From positions 21,938-85,937 of IMG/VR virus record IMGVR_UViG_3300014204_000151: a stretch of DNA of 64,000 nt; one strand, given 5' to 3'. Every line of letters begins with the position of its first letter. The first letter of the stretch is position 1. Under the pieces are notes generated by a model, which saw only the letters and a program-made list of their open reading frames with translations, was not told the origin of the DNA and ran no database searches. The DNA is from a virus (taxonomy: Duplodnaviria; Caudoviricetes). Below, piece by piece: positions 9,586 to 19,397 of this stretch. The position numbers were made by a program, and so were the translations under genes.

Positions 9586-9945
9586 ATCCCATATATTAAA
9601 TCTGGAGATGGGCGTAGAGAAGCGTTGCAAAGAGGAGAAAGAGCTTTAACTGCTGGTGAGCTTAATTATCAAATCTTTTATTATTGCAAGCATAATAATA
9701 TTGATGGAGAATTTACTCAAGACGATTTTATTCAGATAAAAATGTTCGTTAATAATTTCTTGGGAAAGTCTCCGAATTACCAATTATGGAATGACATCAC
9801 AGGAGCTTTAATCCGATGTGGATTTGAATTAAAAAGAAGGTTAGATATTGATGCAGATATATTAACAGATGTATTATTATCTTATAATGGAAAAATTGAT
9901 GAGTACGAAAATTTTAAAATTCTCGAAAATGGCGATGTGGAGTAA
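9586..9945 (+). CDS. Conserved phage protein (DUF6899-like), apparent ATC start
   Basis: AAGGAGG 6 nt before ATC-CCA-TAT-ATT-AAA (xPYIK); TAGELNY motif, two similar halves. Confidence 0.6.
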   Translation: MPYIKSGDGRREALQRGERALTAGELNYQIFYYCKHNNIDGEFTQDDFIQIKMFVNNFLGKSPNYQLWNDITGALIRCGFELKRRLDIDADILTDVLLSYNGKIDEYENFKILENGDVE

Positions 9946-9949
9946 AAAA

Positions 9950-10114
9950 ATGGTAAAGAAAAAGAAACTAAATAAGTTTGAAGCATATTTAAAACTTTGG
10001 AGAAAGTGGACTATATCGCCGGTTACAAAAGTTAAAAAGAGCAAAAAGATATATAATAGAAAAAAAGAAAAGCAGAAATTTAATAATGAGGTTTCTAATG
10101 CCAGATTTAATTAG
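9950..10114 (+). CDS. Small basic protein
   Basis: Lys-rich W.ISPVTKVKKSKKIYNRKK; ATG 9950 in the tracked frame. Confidence 0.55.
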   Translation: MVKKKKLNKFEAYLKLWRKWTISPVTKVKKSKKIYNRKKEKQKFNNEVSNARFN

Positions 10115-10433
10115 AACTCCCAATGAAATTAAAACCACAATAAATAGTATTTTTCTAAAGGTATTGGAGGAATCAAAATTATCTTTAGATATTCCAAAAT
10201 TGTTGTGGTTTAAACATTTATTAATAGAAGAAATTAGTTATAAAATATTTGGATTATTATGCGAAGAGGAAAGGAGTTGCTTAGAAATAGAGAAATTAAA
10301 ACACGAGGATTTTATTAAAAAACAAATAGTGAATTATTTTAAATTTAAAGAACAAAAAAAATATGAACAATCTGATTTAATCAGGAATTGGTTGTTGGAG
10401 ATATATGATATTAATGTTTCTGAATTAAAATAA
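10086..10433 (+). CDS. Hypothetical protein (probable start 10098), C-terminus CysRS-anticodon-domain-like
   Basis: KKYEQSDLIRNWLLE..I resembles the CysRS C-terminal K.F..AD.IRD.L pattern. Confidence 0.45.
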   Translation: MRFLMPDLIRTPNEIKTTINSIFLKVLEESKLSLDIPKLLWFKHLLIEEISYKIFGLLCEEERSCLEIEKLKHEDFIKKQIVNYFKFKEQKKYEQSDLIRNWLLEIYDINVSELK

Positions 10434-10446
10434 AAGGAGGTTATTT

Positions 10447-11478
10447 ATGCACATTTGTATAGAAAAGGGTTGTGGTAATACCGTGGGTCGAGCAAACGTT
10501 CGATGCAGAGATTGTTATGATAAATTAATTGCTTCACGAAAAAAAGTTATAGTAGAAAAAAAGTTAGATAGTAATATTCCCAATCTTATTGTAGAATCTT
10601 TAAAATCTGAAATAAAGAAAGTAAAGCCTTACAACGCTATTCCAAATGCAATTACTCGGAGTGGAGATACTTGCGTTATTCAATTATCAGATTTACATGC
10701 GGGAAAGGTAACTAAAGACCCAGATGGAAATATTCTTTACAATGAAGAAGTTTTTAAGCATAGGATAAATGTTTTGTGTGGTCAAATTCTTAAAATATTG
10801 GATAAGAACATAAGACAGTCTACTCCTATTACAGATGTTGTTATTTTATCTACAGGAGACCAGGCTAATGGTGAGGATATTTATGAAACTCAAGTTTATG
10901 AACAAGAAATGGCTCCGCCGAGACAGGTGATGATAGTGGTTGATGCTATAATTGGATTGATTTTAGCATTATTAAAACGAGGGCTTCCTGTTAGCTTTTT
11001 TGGCGTGAAAGGGAATCACGGTCGTCTTGCTAAAGACGCAAATCCATCCGCCAACTGGGATTTAATGATTTACTTGGTGTTGGAGTTTTGGGCAAAAACA
11101 ATATTGAAGAATAAAAACTTAACTATTAAATATGCCGAAACTGATCACATGATAGTAAACATAAAAACTAAAAAATATATGATTCGGCATATTGCTCCTG
11201 AAAATTCTGATACTCCTTCAGGGCGAGTAAAATTTAATGAATGGGCAAGAAAACATAAACTTGATGCTATTGTTTATGGACATTGGCATCACTTTGGAAT
11301 TACAGACGTTGATGGTATTCGGGTATTTCGAGGTGGGTCTGTAAGTGGTGAAGATTCATTATCGGAAAGCATGGCAAAACATTCAGAGCCGGTACAGCTA
11401 ATTTGGGGGGTTAATAAGGATAGGGCTATGACCTTTCTTTATGCTGTAGACCTGCGCTTGGGTCAAACTACGGATTAG
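10447..11478 (+). CDS. Calcineurin-like metallophosphoesterase with N-terminal zinc finger
   Basis: LSDLH, TGDQ, GNHGR, GHWH motifs; C..GC...CRDC. Confidence 0.85.
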   Translation: MHICIEKGCGNTVGRANVRCRDCYDKLIASRKKVIVEKKLDSNIPNLIVESLKSEIKKVKPYNAIPNAITRSGDTCVIQLSDLHAGKVTKDPDGNILYNEEVFKHRINVLCGQILKILDKNIRQSTPITDVVILSTGDQANGEDIYETQVYEQEMAPPRQVMIVVDAIIGLILALLKRGLPVSFFGVKGNHGRLAKDANPSANWDLMIYLVLEFWAKTILKNKNLTIKYAETDHMIVNIKTKKYMIRHIAPENSDTPSGRVKFNEWARKHKLDAIVYGHWHHFGITDVDGIRVFRGGSVSGEDSLSESMAKHSEPVQLIWGVNKDRAMTFLYAVDLRLGQTTD

Positions 11479-11487
11479 TAAAAATAA

Positions 11488-11512
11488 TGCCTCTGAGGGC
11501 TTCGTAGAGGCA
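11488..11512. terminator. Intergenic hairpin TGCCTCT-N11-AGAGGCA
   Basis: 7-bp inverted repeat just after the stop of 10447..11478; no clear U tract. Confidence 0.35.
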
Positions 11513-11640
11513 AGAATCATAAATGGTTGAAACTATTATAGTTACAAATAGTAGTTAACTTATTGAAATTAAATGGGTTACAGCAAAAAACAAGAAAAAG
11601 AGCCAAAGCAATTAAGTTTGCCAAAGAGAAATAATATCTT

Positions 11641-11654
11641 ATGCTATACTTATA
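11641..11654 (+). promoter_or_regulatory. Extended -10 promoter ATGCTATACTTATA (copy 2)
   Basis: Identical to the 1298 and 17323 copies; AAGGA SD follows. Confidence 0.65.
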
Positions 11655-11670
11655 ATGAAAGGATGATTAA

Positions 11671-11856
11671 ATGAACGGAGCAAAAAGAATGATGAAAATA
11701 AAATCTAAGCAATCAATTACAAAGAGAACATATTCCACCATCTGTCAAAAATGTAAAGAACAGATTGGTGGCTATTGTGATAATCCGAATAAATGTAAAA
11801 AATTAAAAACAGAAATAAATAGACCGGCTATGTTTACATATATTGGTGTTGGATAA
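11671..11856 (+). CDS. Small Cys-rich hypothetical protein
   Basis: CQKC...C....C. Confidence 0.55.
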   Translation: MNGAKRMMKIKSKQSITKRTYSTICQKCKEQIGGYCDNPNKCKKLKTEINRPAMFTYIGVG

Positions 11857-11864
11857 TAAAAGAT

Positions 11865-12089
11865 GTGCAATGGGAAGAGTTGGATGGGAGTGGGACTACG
11901 AGAAAGAGTGATTTGATAATGATTAAAAAATTGTTATGCAGATTAGGTTATCATTCTCCAGTTATAGAACCTACTATTTCTTTGAGTAAAGATACTAAAG
12001 AAACTAAGTTTATGGTACAATATGGAATTATTAAATGTAAAAATTGTAATTATGTATTTTCTACGGTTGTATTAAATATTACAATATAA
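11865..12089 (+). CDS. Hypothetical zinc-binding protein (start uncertain)
   Basis: LLCRLGYHS...CKNC. Confidence 0.5.
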   Translation: MQWEELDGSGTTRKSDLIMIKKLLCRLGYHSPVIEPTISLSKDTKETKFMVQYGIIKCKNCNYVFSTVVLNITI

Positions 12090-12090
12090 T

Positions 12091-12546
12091 ATGCCATATA
12101 AAGATAGACAAAAACAATTAGAATATGGAAAAAAATGGGGCAAAATAAATAAAGAGAAAAAAAAAGTTTATGATAAACAGTGGAGAAAAAATAATAAAAA
12201 AATTTTAAAAGAAAAGCAAAAAAACTATAGAAAACAAAACTATAAACAAATTCAAATAGAAATAATTAATTGGAGAAATAAATACCCGTGGATAAAAAGT
12301 TGTTATCCGGCAAAACAACGGTGTAACAATCCCAAAAATAAACGCTATCATAGATATGGTGGTAGAGGAATTAAGTTCTTGATGACATCCGCAGATTTTG
12401 AATATTTATGGTTTAGAGACAAAGCTTATTTAATGAAAAAACCCAGTATTGATCGCATTAATAATGACGGAAATTATGAGTTGAGTAATTGTAGATTTAT
12501 AGAATTAAGTGAAAATATTAGAAAAAGTAATAAAAGAATTAGGTAA
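12091..12546 (+). CDS. HNH-like homing endonuclease
   Basis: KQRCNNP...Y.RYGGRGI...SIDRINNDGNYELSNCRFI. Confidence 0.8.
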   Translation: MPYKDRQKQLEYGKKWGKINKEKKKVYDKQWRKNNKKILKEKQKNYRKQNYKQIQIEIINWRNKYPWIKSCYPAKQRCNNPKNKRYHRYGGRGIKFLMTSADFEYLWFRDKAYLMKKPSIDRINNDGNYELSNCRFIELSENIRKSNKRIR

Positions 12547-12572
12547 ACTTATAATTGATGTGAGAGGATAAT

Positions 12573-13766
12573 ATGAGAATTTTTTCTTTATTTGATGGGA
12601 TGTCATGCGCTCAAATAGCTATAAATAAATTAGGAATAAAAGATTATACTTATTATGCGTCTGAAATTGATAAATATGCTATAGCAGTTACTCAATATAA
12701 CTATCCTAATACTATTCAAATTGGAGATATTACTAAATTAAAAGGAGAAGATTATAGGGATATTGATTTGTTGATTGGAGGCAGTCCTTGCGTTGGATTT
12801 TCAAACGCCGGTAAAGGATTGAATTTTGAAGATAAACAAAGTAAATTATTTTTTGAATGGCTACGATTATTAAAGGAAATTAAACCTAAATATTTTGTAC
12901 TTGAAAATGTTAAAATGAAAAAAGAATGGAAAGATCAAATTTCAGAATTAGTAGGTATAGAGCCGATACTTATAAACGCGACATTAGTTTCTGCTCAGAA
13001 TAGAGAAAGAAATTTTTGGACAAATATTACAAATATTAAACAACCAGAAGATAAACATATTTATTTAAAAGATATTATTGAAAGCGGAATTACAGAAAAG
13101 GATAAATCTTACTGTATTGATGCTAATTATGCTAAAGGTACTTCTTGCGAAAATAATTTTCGCAAGAAAAGAAGGCAAATAATTTTTGAAAAATATATTT
13201 TATCAAAAACAGCATTAGAAAGAATAAAAAGACATAATTACAATGTTCCAAAAATTATGCCTGAGAAAACAGGAACTTTAAATACTAAAAATAATAGTGG
13301 ACAATTGTCTTTAGATAGTGGTACAACTTTGATTCCAATAAAAACCTTACCACATGGATACATTAAATCAAAAACTCGGTACTATAGTAAGTATCCAACT
13401 TTATGTGCGCAAAATCCAGGAACTAAATATTTGATTAATCCCAATAGATGTATTCAAGTAGGCGAGGCAAATATTTCTGGAAATGACCAAATTAAACGAG
13501 TTTATGATATTAGTGGTAAGAGTCCGACTCTTACCACCATGACTGGAGGTCATAGACAACCAAAAATAGCGTTGGATGAATTATATTATCGTCGATTAAT
13601 TCCGTTGGAATGTGAAAGACTGCAAACGGTTCCAGATAATTATACTTCTAAAGGAAGTTTTAATGGAACAATTAAACCAATAAGCGATTCTCAACGATAT
13701 AAAATGGTAGGTAATGGATTTTGTGTTGATGTAATAAAACATATTTTATCTTTTATGGAGCTATAA
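12573..13766 (+). CDS. DNA (cytosine-5)-methyltransferase
   Basis: SLFDG (motif I), GGSPC (IV), ENV (VI), QNRER (VIII), ECERLQ/GNG (IX-X). Confidence 0.95.
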   Translation: MRIFSLFDGMSCAQIAINKLGIKDYTYYASEIDKYAIAVTQYNYPNTIQIGDITKLKGEDYRDIDLLIGGSPCVGFSNAGKGLNFEDKQSKLFFEWLRLLKEIKPKYFVLENVKMKKEWKDQISELVGIEPILINATLVSAQNRERNFWTNITNIKQPEDKHIYLKDIIESGITEKDKSYCIDANYAKGTSCENNFRKKRRQIIFEKYILSKTALERIKRHNYNVPKIMPEKTGTLNTKNNSGQLSLDSGTTLIPIKTLPHGYIKSKTRYYSKYPTLCAQNPGTKYLINPNRCIQVGEANISGNDQIKRVYDISGKSPTLTTMTGGHRQPKIALDELYYRRLIPLECERLQTVPDNYTSKGSFNGTIKPISDSQRYKMVGNGFCVDVIKHILSFMEL

Positions 13767-14692
13767 TGAACAAATTTATTTTTACAGATTGGCATATTAA
13801 AGAAAAAGATTTGCAAGAGTGCCAACTTATTGCAGATGAATTACTTTGCTTAATTAAAGAGTTCTCAATTAATGAGGTTTGTAATATTGGAGACTCGTTC
13901 CACGTAATTAAGCCCTCTAATTTGGAGTTAGACTTCTTCGCCAATTTTTTACAAAGCTTACCAGTACCAATGAAGATGATTGTAGCTTCAAGCCATGAGT
14001 CTGTGAGCGAAAATAATCATATACTAAATCACTTTTCTATATTACATAATAAAATAGAATTATATCCTACAGATTGGACTGATGGGAATTTATTATTGGG
14101 ACACTACATTTGTGCAGAGGCATTAAAAGGATTTCATTCTTCTATTACTAAAAAAGGGTTAATGGATAGAAGTAAATTAGCACTATTGGGTCATCAACAT
14201 ACTTTTGAAGAGCTTGAGCCTAATCGAGTTTATCAATTGGGGTCATGCCGCAGTGTAAACTTCGACGAGTCTGGAGAGAAAAAAAAGATTGCTATTATCA
14301 TTAATTATGGAACAAAAAATCAGAAGTTAGAATTTATACCATTATCTTCTCCTTATCCTATGAAAACATTAACTTTCGTAGCCGGAGTTACATTTCCAGA
14401 TTGGAAGAAAGAGAATCCACTCACAAAAACAAGATATATTTTTAAAGATTTGGATTCATATAAGAATTTTATTCCTTTTGAGCAAAAAGTAAAAAATTAT
14501 TTTACCATGTTTAAGGTAGAATTTGACCTTACCAAAAAAGATTATATTGCTAATGAAGAAAAGAAAGAATCTATTACTCTCGAACAATCATTTAAAGATT
14601 TTTGTGTAAAAAATAAAGTGGATAATAGGATAGCTAATATTATTAACCGGGCAATAACAACTTCTGGAGAAAATAATGAAGTCAAAAGCTAA
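13766..14692 (+). CDS. sbcD: SbcD/Mre11-like nuclease
   Basis: FTDWH, IGDSF, SSHE, GH, LGHQH motifs; upstream of an SbcC-like ATPase. Confidence 0.8.
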   Translation: MNKFIFTDWHIKEKDLQECQLIADELLCLIKEFSINEVCNIGDSFHVIKPSNLELDFFANFLQSLPVPMKMIVASSHESVSENNHILNHFSILHNKIELYPTDWTDGNLLLGHYICAEALKGFHSSITKKGLMDRSKLALLGHQHTFEELEPNRVYQLGSCRSVNFDESGEKKKIAIIINYGTKNQKLEFIPLSSPYPMKTLTFVAGVTFPDWKKENPLTKTRYIFKDLDSYKNFIPFEQKVKNYFTMFKVEFDLTKKDYIANEEKKESITLEQSFKDFCVKNKVDNRIANIINRAITTSGENNEVKS

Positions 14693-15242
14693 AAAGCAAG
14701 TAGAAGAATGGGATGAAGAAGCCAGACTTACACCTATTGAAGCTACATTATTAAGAACAAGAACGGTATTTCTTACAGAAGAGATAGACTCAGATGTTAT
14801 TTCTGATTTAATGGCTACTATTATTGCTTTAGATCAACGTAATGTAGCTCCTATAAATATGTTTATTAATTCTCCCGGGGGAGAAATTATGGCGGGATTA
14901 GCTTTGATTGATTTGATGGATATGATAAAAAGTCCTGTAAATACTATAGTTATGGGAGAAGCTTGTAGTATGGCTGGTATAATTTCTATTTGTGGAAAGA
15001 CTCGTAGTATTTCAAAAAACTCCGTAATTATGTTCCATGAGGGATTTTTTTCTACGCAAGATTATTCGCAAAAAATGAAGTGCCGAGCTGTATTTTTTGA
15101 TAAATTAGAAGAAAGAATGGATATTATAATTAAACAAAAAACTAGATTGACAGACAAAGACATCGAAACTATGAAAAATGGAGAATTATGGTTGTTTGCT
15201 CAAGACGCCGTAATTAAAGGAGTTGCGGATAAAATAATTTAA
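14676..15242 (+). CDS. clpP: ClpP-like serine protease
   Basis: INSPGG, GEACSMAG (Ser), MFHEG (His), AVIKGVADKII. Confidence 0.9.
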   Translation: MKSKAKKQVEEWDEEARLTPIEATLLRTRTVFLTEEIDSDVISDLMATIIALDQRNVAPINMFINSPGGEIMAGLALIDLMDMIKSPVNTIVMGEACSMAGIISICGKTRSISKNSVIMFHEGFFSTQDYSQKMKCRAVFFDKLEERMDIIIKQKTRLTDKDIETMKNGELWLFAQDAVIKGVADKII

Positions 15243-15246
15243 AACC

Positions 15247-17316
15247 ATGATAAAAACTTTAAGCGTAAAAAATTTTCGTTTATTAAAAAACTGCAAGTTT
15301 AATTTTAGTCAAATTAACTTAATAGACGGAATCAATAAAGATGTAAGTGATTGTCCGGCAAATAGTTCGGGGAAGTCAACCTTAGTCCAAAGTTTGCTCT
15401 TTTGTTTAACGGGTGATGTTTATAAAATCACTCAAAAACAAATACTGCATAAAGGAACTAAATCCGCAGAAGTTACCATACAAGCAGAAGAAAATGGACA
15501 TTTGTATGATATTACCAGGTCTATTCCTTCTGATTTATCCATTAAAATTGATGGTGAAGATTTTAAAGCTAATACACCAACACTAAAACAGCCGGAGGTT
15601 GATAAACTCTATGGAGATAAACAATTTATTAAACAATTCCGCAACATGGGAAAGGATAAAGAAACAGATTTATTGGCTATGGGGCCAGTTTCTATTCGTA
15701 AGGTTTTAATGGGGTTTGTAGACGATTTATTTGTTAATGCAAGACAGCAACTTTTAGACGAATTAAACCATAGAGAACAATATTCTATAACCAAACGACC
15801 TTATTGTTTTTATTTATCAGAAAAAAGGTTACAAGTATTAAAAGAATCTTTAACCAAATTAAAACAGAATCAATCTAACTTAGAACAAATAACTCACAAT
15901 CAACAATTGCTCATTCAAAACATTAAAACTGATATAGCTAAAAAAGAATTGGTTGAAAAGCAATTAAACTCTCAAATTAAATCAAATGAGGACTCTGTTA
16001 TAAAAAATAAAACCGCTATTGATAATTATAAAACAAAGATAGAAGATATAAATAATATTACTCTTACTCTTCCAGAAAAAATAAATTATACGGAACAAAT
16101 AGAATCAATAGAATCGGATATATCAAATTTTGAAGAGTTGATTGTAGAAATCCAATCCGAGTATGATGTTAAATATAACATTTTTGAGAAATTAAGATAT
16201 TCTCAATCTGACTTAGAATTAAAGATAAAAGATTCGCATAGTAAAATTGCCGATTGTGAAATAGAAATAAAAACTATTACTAAAGCTGTAAGCGGACAAA
16301 AATGTAATAAATGCGGCTCTTTAATTACAGAAGATAATAAATCCATTTATATTGCAGACCAACAAAAATTGATTGAAGATTATACTGTTCAAAAAAATGG
16401 ACACGAGTCTAATTTATTAGACATTAATACAAAACTATCAGAAATAGAAAAAGAATTAAATACATTAAAATCCCAGATACAATCGCATAACAATGAAATA
16501 AGCCGGTTTAGATTAGAAGTTAAAAACATTACCAATAAAAACACCAATCAAGAAGAACTTATCAACGAGTCTGCTCAACTGAATACAAAAAAGATTGCTG
16601 AAATAGAAAAATATAATTCTTTAATTACTTCTCTTAATGATACAATTAATTCTTTATTCGCTTCAAATCAAGAATTAGAGAACCAGTTAAAAGATATTCC
16701 TAATGAGTTAATGATATTGAAAGAACATTTGATAGAAGAAGAATCTTCTCTTTCTGACCAAATTAAATCTAATACGCTTGTACAGAATAAAATAAAAAGA
16801 GTGGAATCTTTTATTATGAAATTATCAGAGTCATTCAAATTTTCTGAGTATAAGTTTACGGGGGTAGATTTATTTGAATACAAAGAATCAATTAAATTAT
16901 TGGATAATTTTGCGGCTTTTTATGTTGCAGAATTTTTACAGAATCTGGAGATTGTAATAAATGGAATGATTTCTATTATCAATATGTCTATAAAATTTAC
17001 AACGGATAAATCCTTTCTTACTATTAAAGATGGGGAAGAAGAGTATAGTTATGACGAATTAAGTTCTGGACAGCAAGCGGTGTTGAATATTATTTTCAAA
17101 AGTGGGGTTTTAATGACTCAAGGTATTCACTCCGGTTTCATTACCTCTGACGAGGCGTTAGATACGCTCCATAATACCAATTTTATTAAGCTTGTGGAGA
17201 TATTAAAAACTCTTCCCTATCAGTACTTCTTAGTCAAACAAAATCCCCCAGAATTAGAAGGAGTTAATATTATAAAATTAGTTAGAGAAAATGGGGCAAC
17301 TTCGGTTCAGGAATAA
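15247..17316 (+). CDS. sbcC: SbcC/Rad50-like SMC ATPase
   Basis: Walker A NSSGKST, long coiled coil with CNKC zinc hook, LSSGQ signature, SDEALD Walker B. Confidence 0.9.
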   Translation: MIKTLSVKNFRLLKNCKFNFSQINLIDGINKDVSDCPANSSGKSTLVQSLLFCLTGDVYKITQKQILHKGTKSAEVTIQAEENGHLYDITRSIPSDLSIKIDGEDFKANTPTLKQPEVDKLYGDKQFIKQFRNMGKDKETDLLAMGPVSIRKVLMGFVDDLFVNARQQLLDELNHREQYSITKRPYCFYLSEKRLQVLKESLTKLKQNQSNLEQITHNQQLLIQNIKTDIAKKELVEKQLNSQIKSNEDSVIKNKTAIDNYKTKIEDINNITLTLPEKINYTEQIESIESDISNFEELIVEIQSEYDVKYNIFEKLRYSQSDLELKIKDSHSKIADCEIEIKTITKAVSGQKCNKCGSLITEDNKSIYIADQQKLIEDYTVQKNGHESNLLDINTKLSEIEKELNTLKSQIQSHNNEISRFRLEVKNITNKNTNQEELINESAQLNTKKIAEIEKYNSLITSLNDTINSLFASNQELENQLKDIPNELMILKEHLIEEESSLSDQIKSNTLVQNKIKRVESFIMKLSESFKFSEYKFTGVDLFEYKESIKLLDNFAAFYVAEFLQNLEIVINGMISIINMSIKFTTDKSFLTIKDGEEEYSYDELSSGQQAVLNIIFKSGVLMTQGIHSGFITSDEALDTLHNTNFIKLVEILKTLPYQYFLVKQNPPELEGVNIIKLVRENGATSVQE

Positions 17317-17322
17317 TAATGT

Positions 17323-17336
17323 ATGCTATACTTATA
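17323..17336 (+). promoter_or_regulatory. Extended -10 promoter ATGCTATACTTATA (copy 3)
   Basis: Identical 14-mer upstream of the sigma-like gene. Confidence 0.65.
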
Positions 17337-17381
17337 GTAGAGAATAGATAAAGTTAAAGCACATCTACGGTGGAGGCGTGA

Positions 17382-18029
17382 ATGGAAACAAAACTGACAA
17401 GTTTGGCAAAAGAATACAAAAAAACAAAGTCCGATAAAGTACTAAACGATATTTTTAAAGAATTAGAAGAACCATTAAGAAAAAAAGCAAATTTTGTATA
17501 TTATTCCCAAAGATTTGTTAAATCCAAGTTTTCTACTAATGATATTAATATTAACACAAAGAAAAGAGAATTTAAAAATAAGGTTAAAACTTTTAAGTTA
17601 AAAGATGTTAGAGGAATAGAAATAGAAGATATTCAGCAAGAACTATATTTACAAGTATTGCTTTTATTAAAAAATTATAATACTAAATCTCCTTTTGATA
17701 ATTACTTATTTGGAACATTAAAAAAATGGCGACCTTCTTTTCTTCGAGAAAATAATTTTATTAAAGATTTAGATACTATTAGAGAAGATAAGTTATTTAA
17801 TGAAGATGATTGTGGTGGAATTAATATTTTAGGAAAATCAGAAGAATCGGCGATAGAAATTCTTGATTTCTTTGAACCTCTAACAGATGAAGAAGAAAAA
17901 TATATCCAGTTAAAAATAAAGAATCCAAACTTAAAAAAATCAGAAATAGAAAAGCGGTTAGGAATAACACCTACAAACCTAAACAAATTAATAAAAAATA
18001 TAAAGAATAAAACGTTGCGAGAGGAGTAA
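17382..18029 (+). CDS. Phage sigma70-family sigma factor-like protein
   Basis: Region-2-like EDIQQE...LL..Y...F..Y; region-4 HTH LTDEE...SEI...LGIT. Confidence 0.7.
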   Translation: METKLTSLAKEYKKTKSDKVLNDIFKELEEPLRKKANFVYYSQRFVKSKFSTNDININTKKREFKNKVKTFKLKDVRGIEIEDIQQELYLQVLLLLKNYNTKSPFDNYLFGTLKKWRPSFLRENNFIKDLDTIREDKLFNEDDCGGINILGKSEESAIEILDFFEPLTDEEEKYIQLKIKNPNLKKSEIEKRLGITPTNLNKLIKNIKNKTLREE

Positions 18030-18032
18030 GCC

Positions 18033-19217
18033 ATGAAAAAGATAATACTAATACTTTTAATTATGATATTTAGTTTTTCAGAAGTTATTTTTGCAGGGAA
18101 TTTCAATTATGGAAATGATGTTTATGAAAAGTGGGATGATATATTGATAATTAATTCTTTAGGTGATAATACTTCTATTTCTACTTTTGGAAAATTAGGG
18201 GCAAATGACTACATCCCAGAAAATAGCTTTAAAAATTTATTGGCGTACGAAGGATATTCCGTTGCTTATGATTATAACCCAAATTATGATGGATATTATT
18301 CCGATATTTATAATCAAAAGCTTCCTGATGAAAAATTAACTAAAATTACAATAGCGGGATTAGCGGGAGATCCAAGCGCAACGCAAGATGTTTATGTTTT
18401 AACTTCTGAGTATAATAGATTATCCGCTCAGGGACAAGCTGAAAGTATTGATAATTTAAACTATGGTTTATCTTCCGAAGTTATTAATAGAATCAATGGA
18501 GATAAAGCTCTCTATACTAAAACACAAAATTTAGCGGATTATGTTGACTATATTTCTGATTTAAATTATGATGAACACTTAGAAATCAATGGAAAGATAA
18601 CCAATGTTGAAAATAATTTAGATACCGAAGCCTCTCAACGAATAGCCAATGATACTTTTATAGCTAATTCTGTTATTGATGAAATTAATAATAGAGTTAA
18701 TGCTGATTTACATTTGCAAGAAAACATAAATACCATTGATACTAATAGTAAAACACGAGATGGAATATTAAATGATAAAATATCAATAGAAACTCAAAAT
18801 AGAATAATCGGAGATAATCAATTACAGAACAACATTAATGTAGAAACTAACAATCGGGTGAGTGCAGATAATCAGTTAAATGATAAGATAAATAATGTGG
18901 ATAATAGAATAAGCCGGTTGGAGAAAACTCAGTATAATTTGAGAACCGAAATAAAATTTATTAAGCAAAAAAGGTTGGAAGTAGGAATTTATGGTGTTTA
19001 TAATACGAATAGAAGAGTATGTTCTGAGGTAGGAATAAATATTGTAATACCTGTTGGAGAGAGTTATCAAGATAAAGAAAATAAGAAAATTAATCAACGC
19101 TTGGCGAATATTGAAAAAAAGTTGGGCAATGCTGTTGTTATGGAAAAAGTTGTTAATGAAAAAGGACAAGTAATCAGTATAAACATTGGTAGTTTTGATG
19201 TAAAAAATTCTTTCTAA
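18033..19217 (+). CDS. Secreted coiled-coil repeat protein, trimeric-autotransporter (YadA)-like architecture
   Basis: Signal peptide MKKIILIL...IFA; repeated E..R..(A/G)D..L units; C-terminal beta-strands, terminal Phe. Confidence 0.5.
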   Translation: MKKIILILLIMIFSFSEVIFAGNFNYGNDVYEKWDDILIINSLGDNTSISTFGKLGANDYIPENSFKNLLAYEGYSVAYDYNPNYDGYYSDIYNQKLPDEKLTKITIAGLAGDPSATQDVYVLTSEYNRLSAQGQAESIDNLNYGLSSEVINRINGDKALYTKTQNLADYVDYISDLNYDEHLEINGKITNVENNLDTEASQRIANDTFIANSVIDEINNRVNADLHLQENINTIDTNSKTRDGILNDKISIETQNRIIGDNQLQNNINVETNNRVSADNQLNDKINNVDNRISRLEKTQYNLRTEIKFIKQKRLEVGIYGVYNTNRRVCSEVGINIVIPVGESYQDKENKKINQRLANIEKKLGNAVVMEKVVNEKGQVISINIGSFDVKNSF

Positions 19218-19397
19218 TACGGGAGATTATATGCAAGCAAAAGTAGTTGTGGAATTTACAATAAAAAATATCTGTCATCCAGAAGATTTAACTGGAAAGG
19301 TGGATACCCTATATAAAATGGTTCGATATTTAATAAAAGAAGAAGGATTGTTTGGAATCGTATCAGATAAATACAAAATATTAGAAATAAAGGAGGG

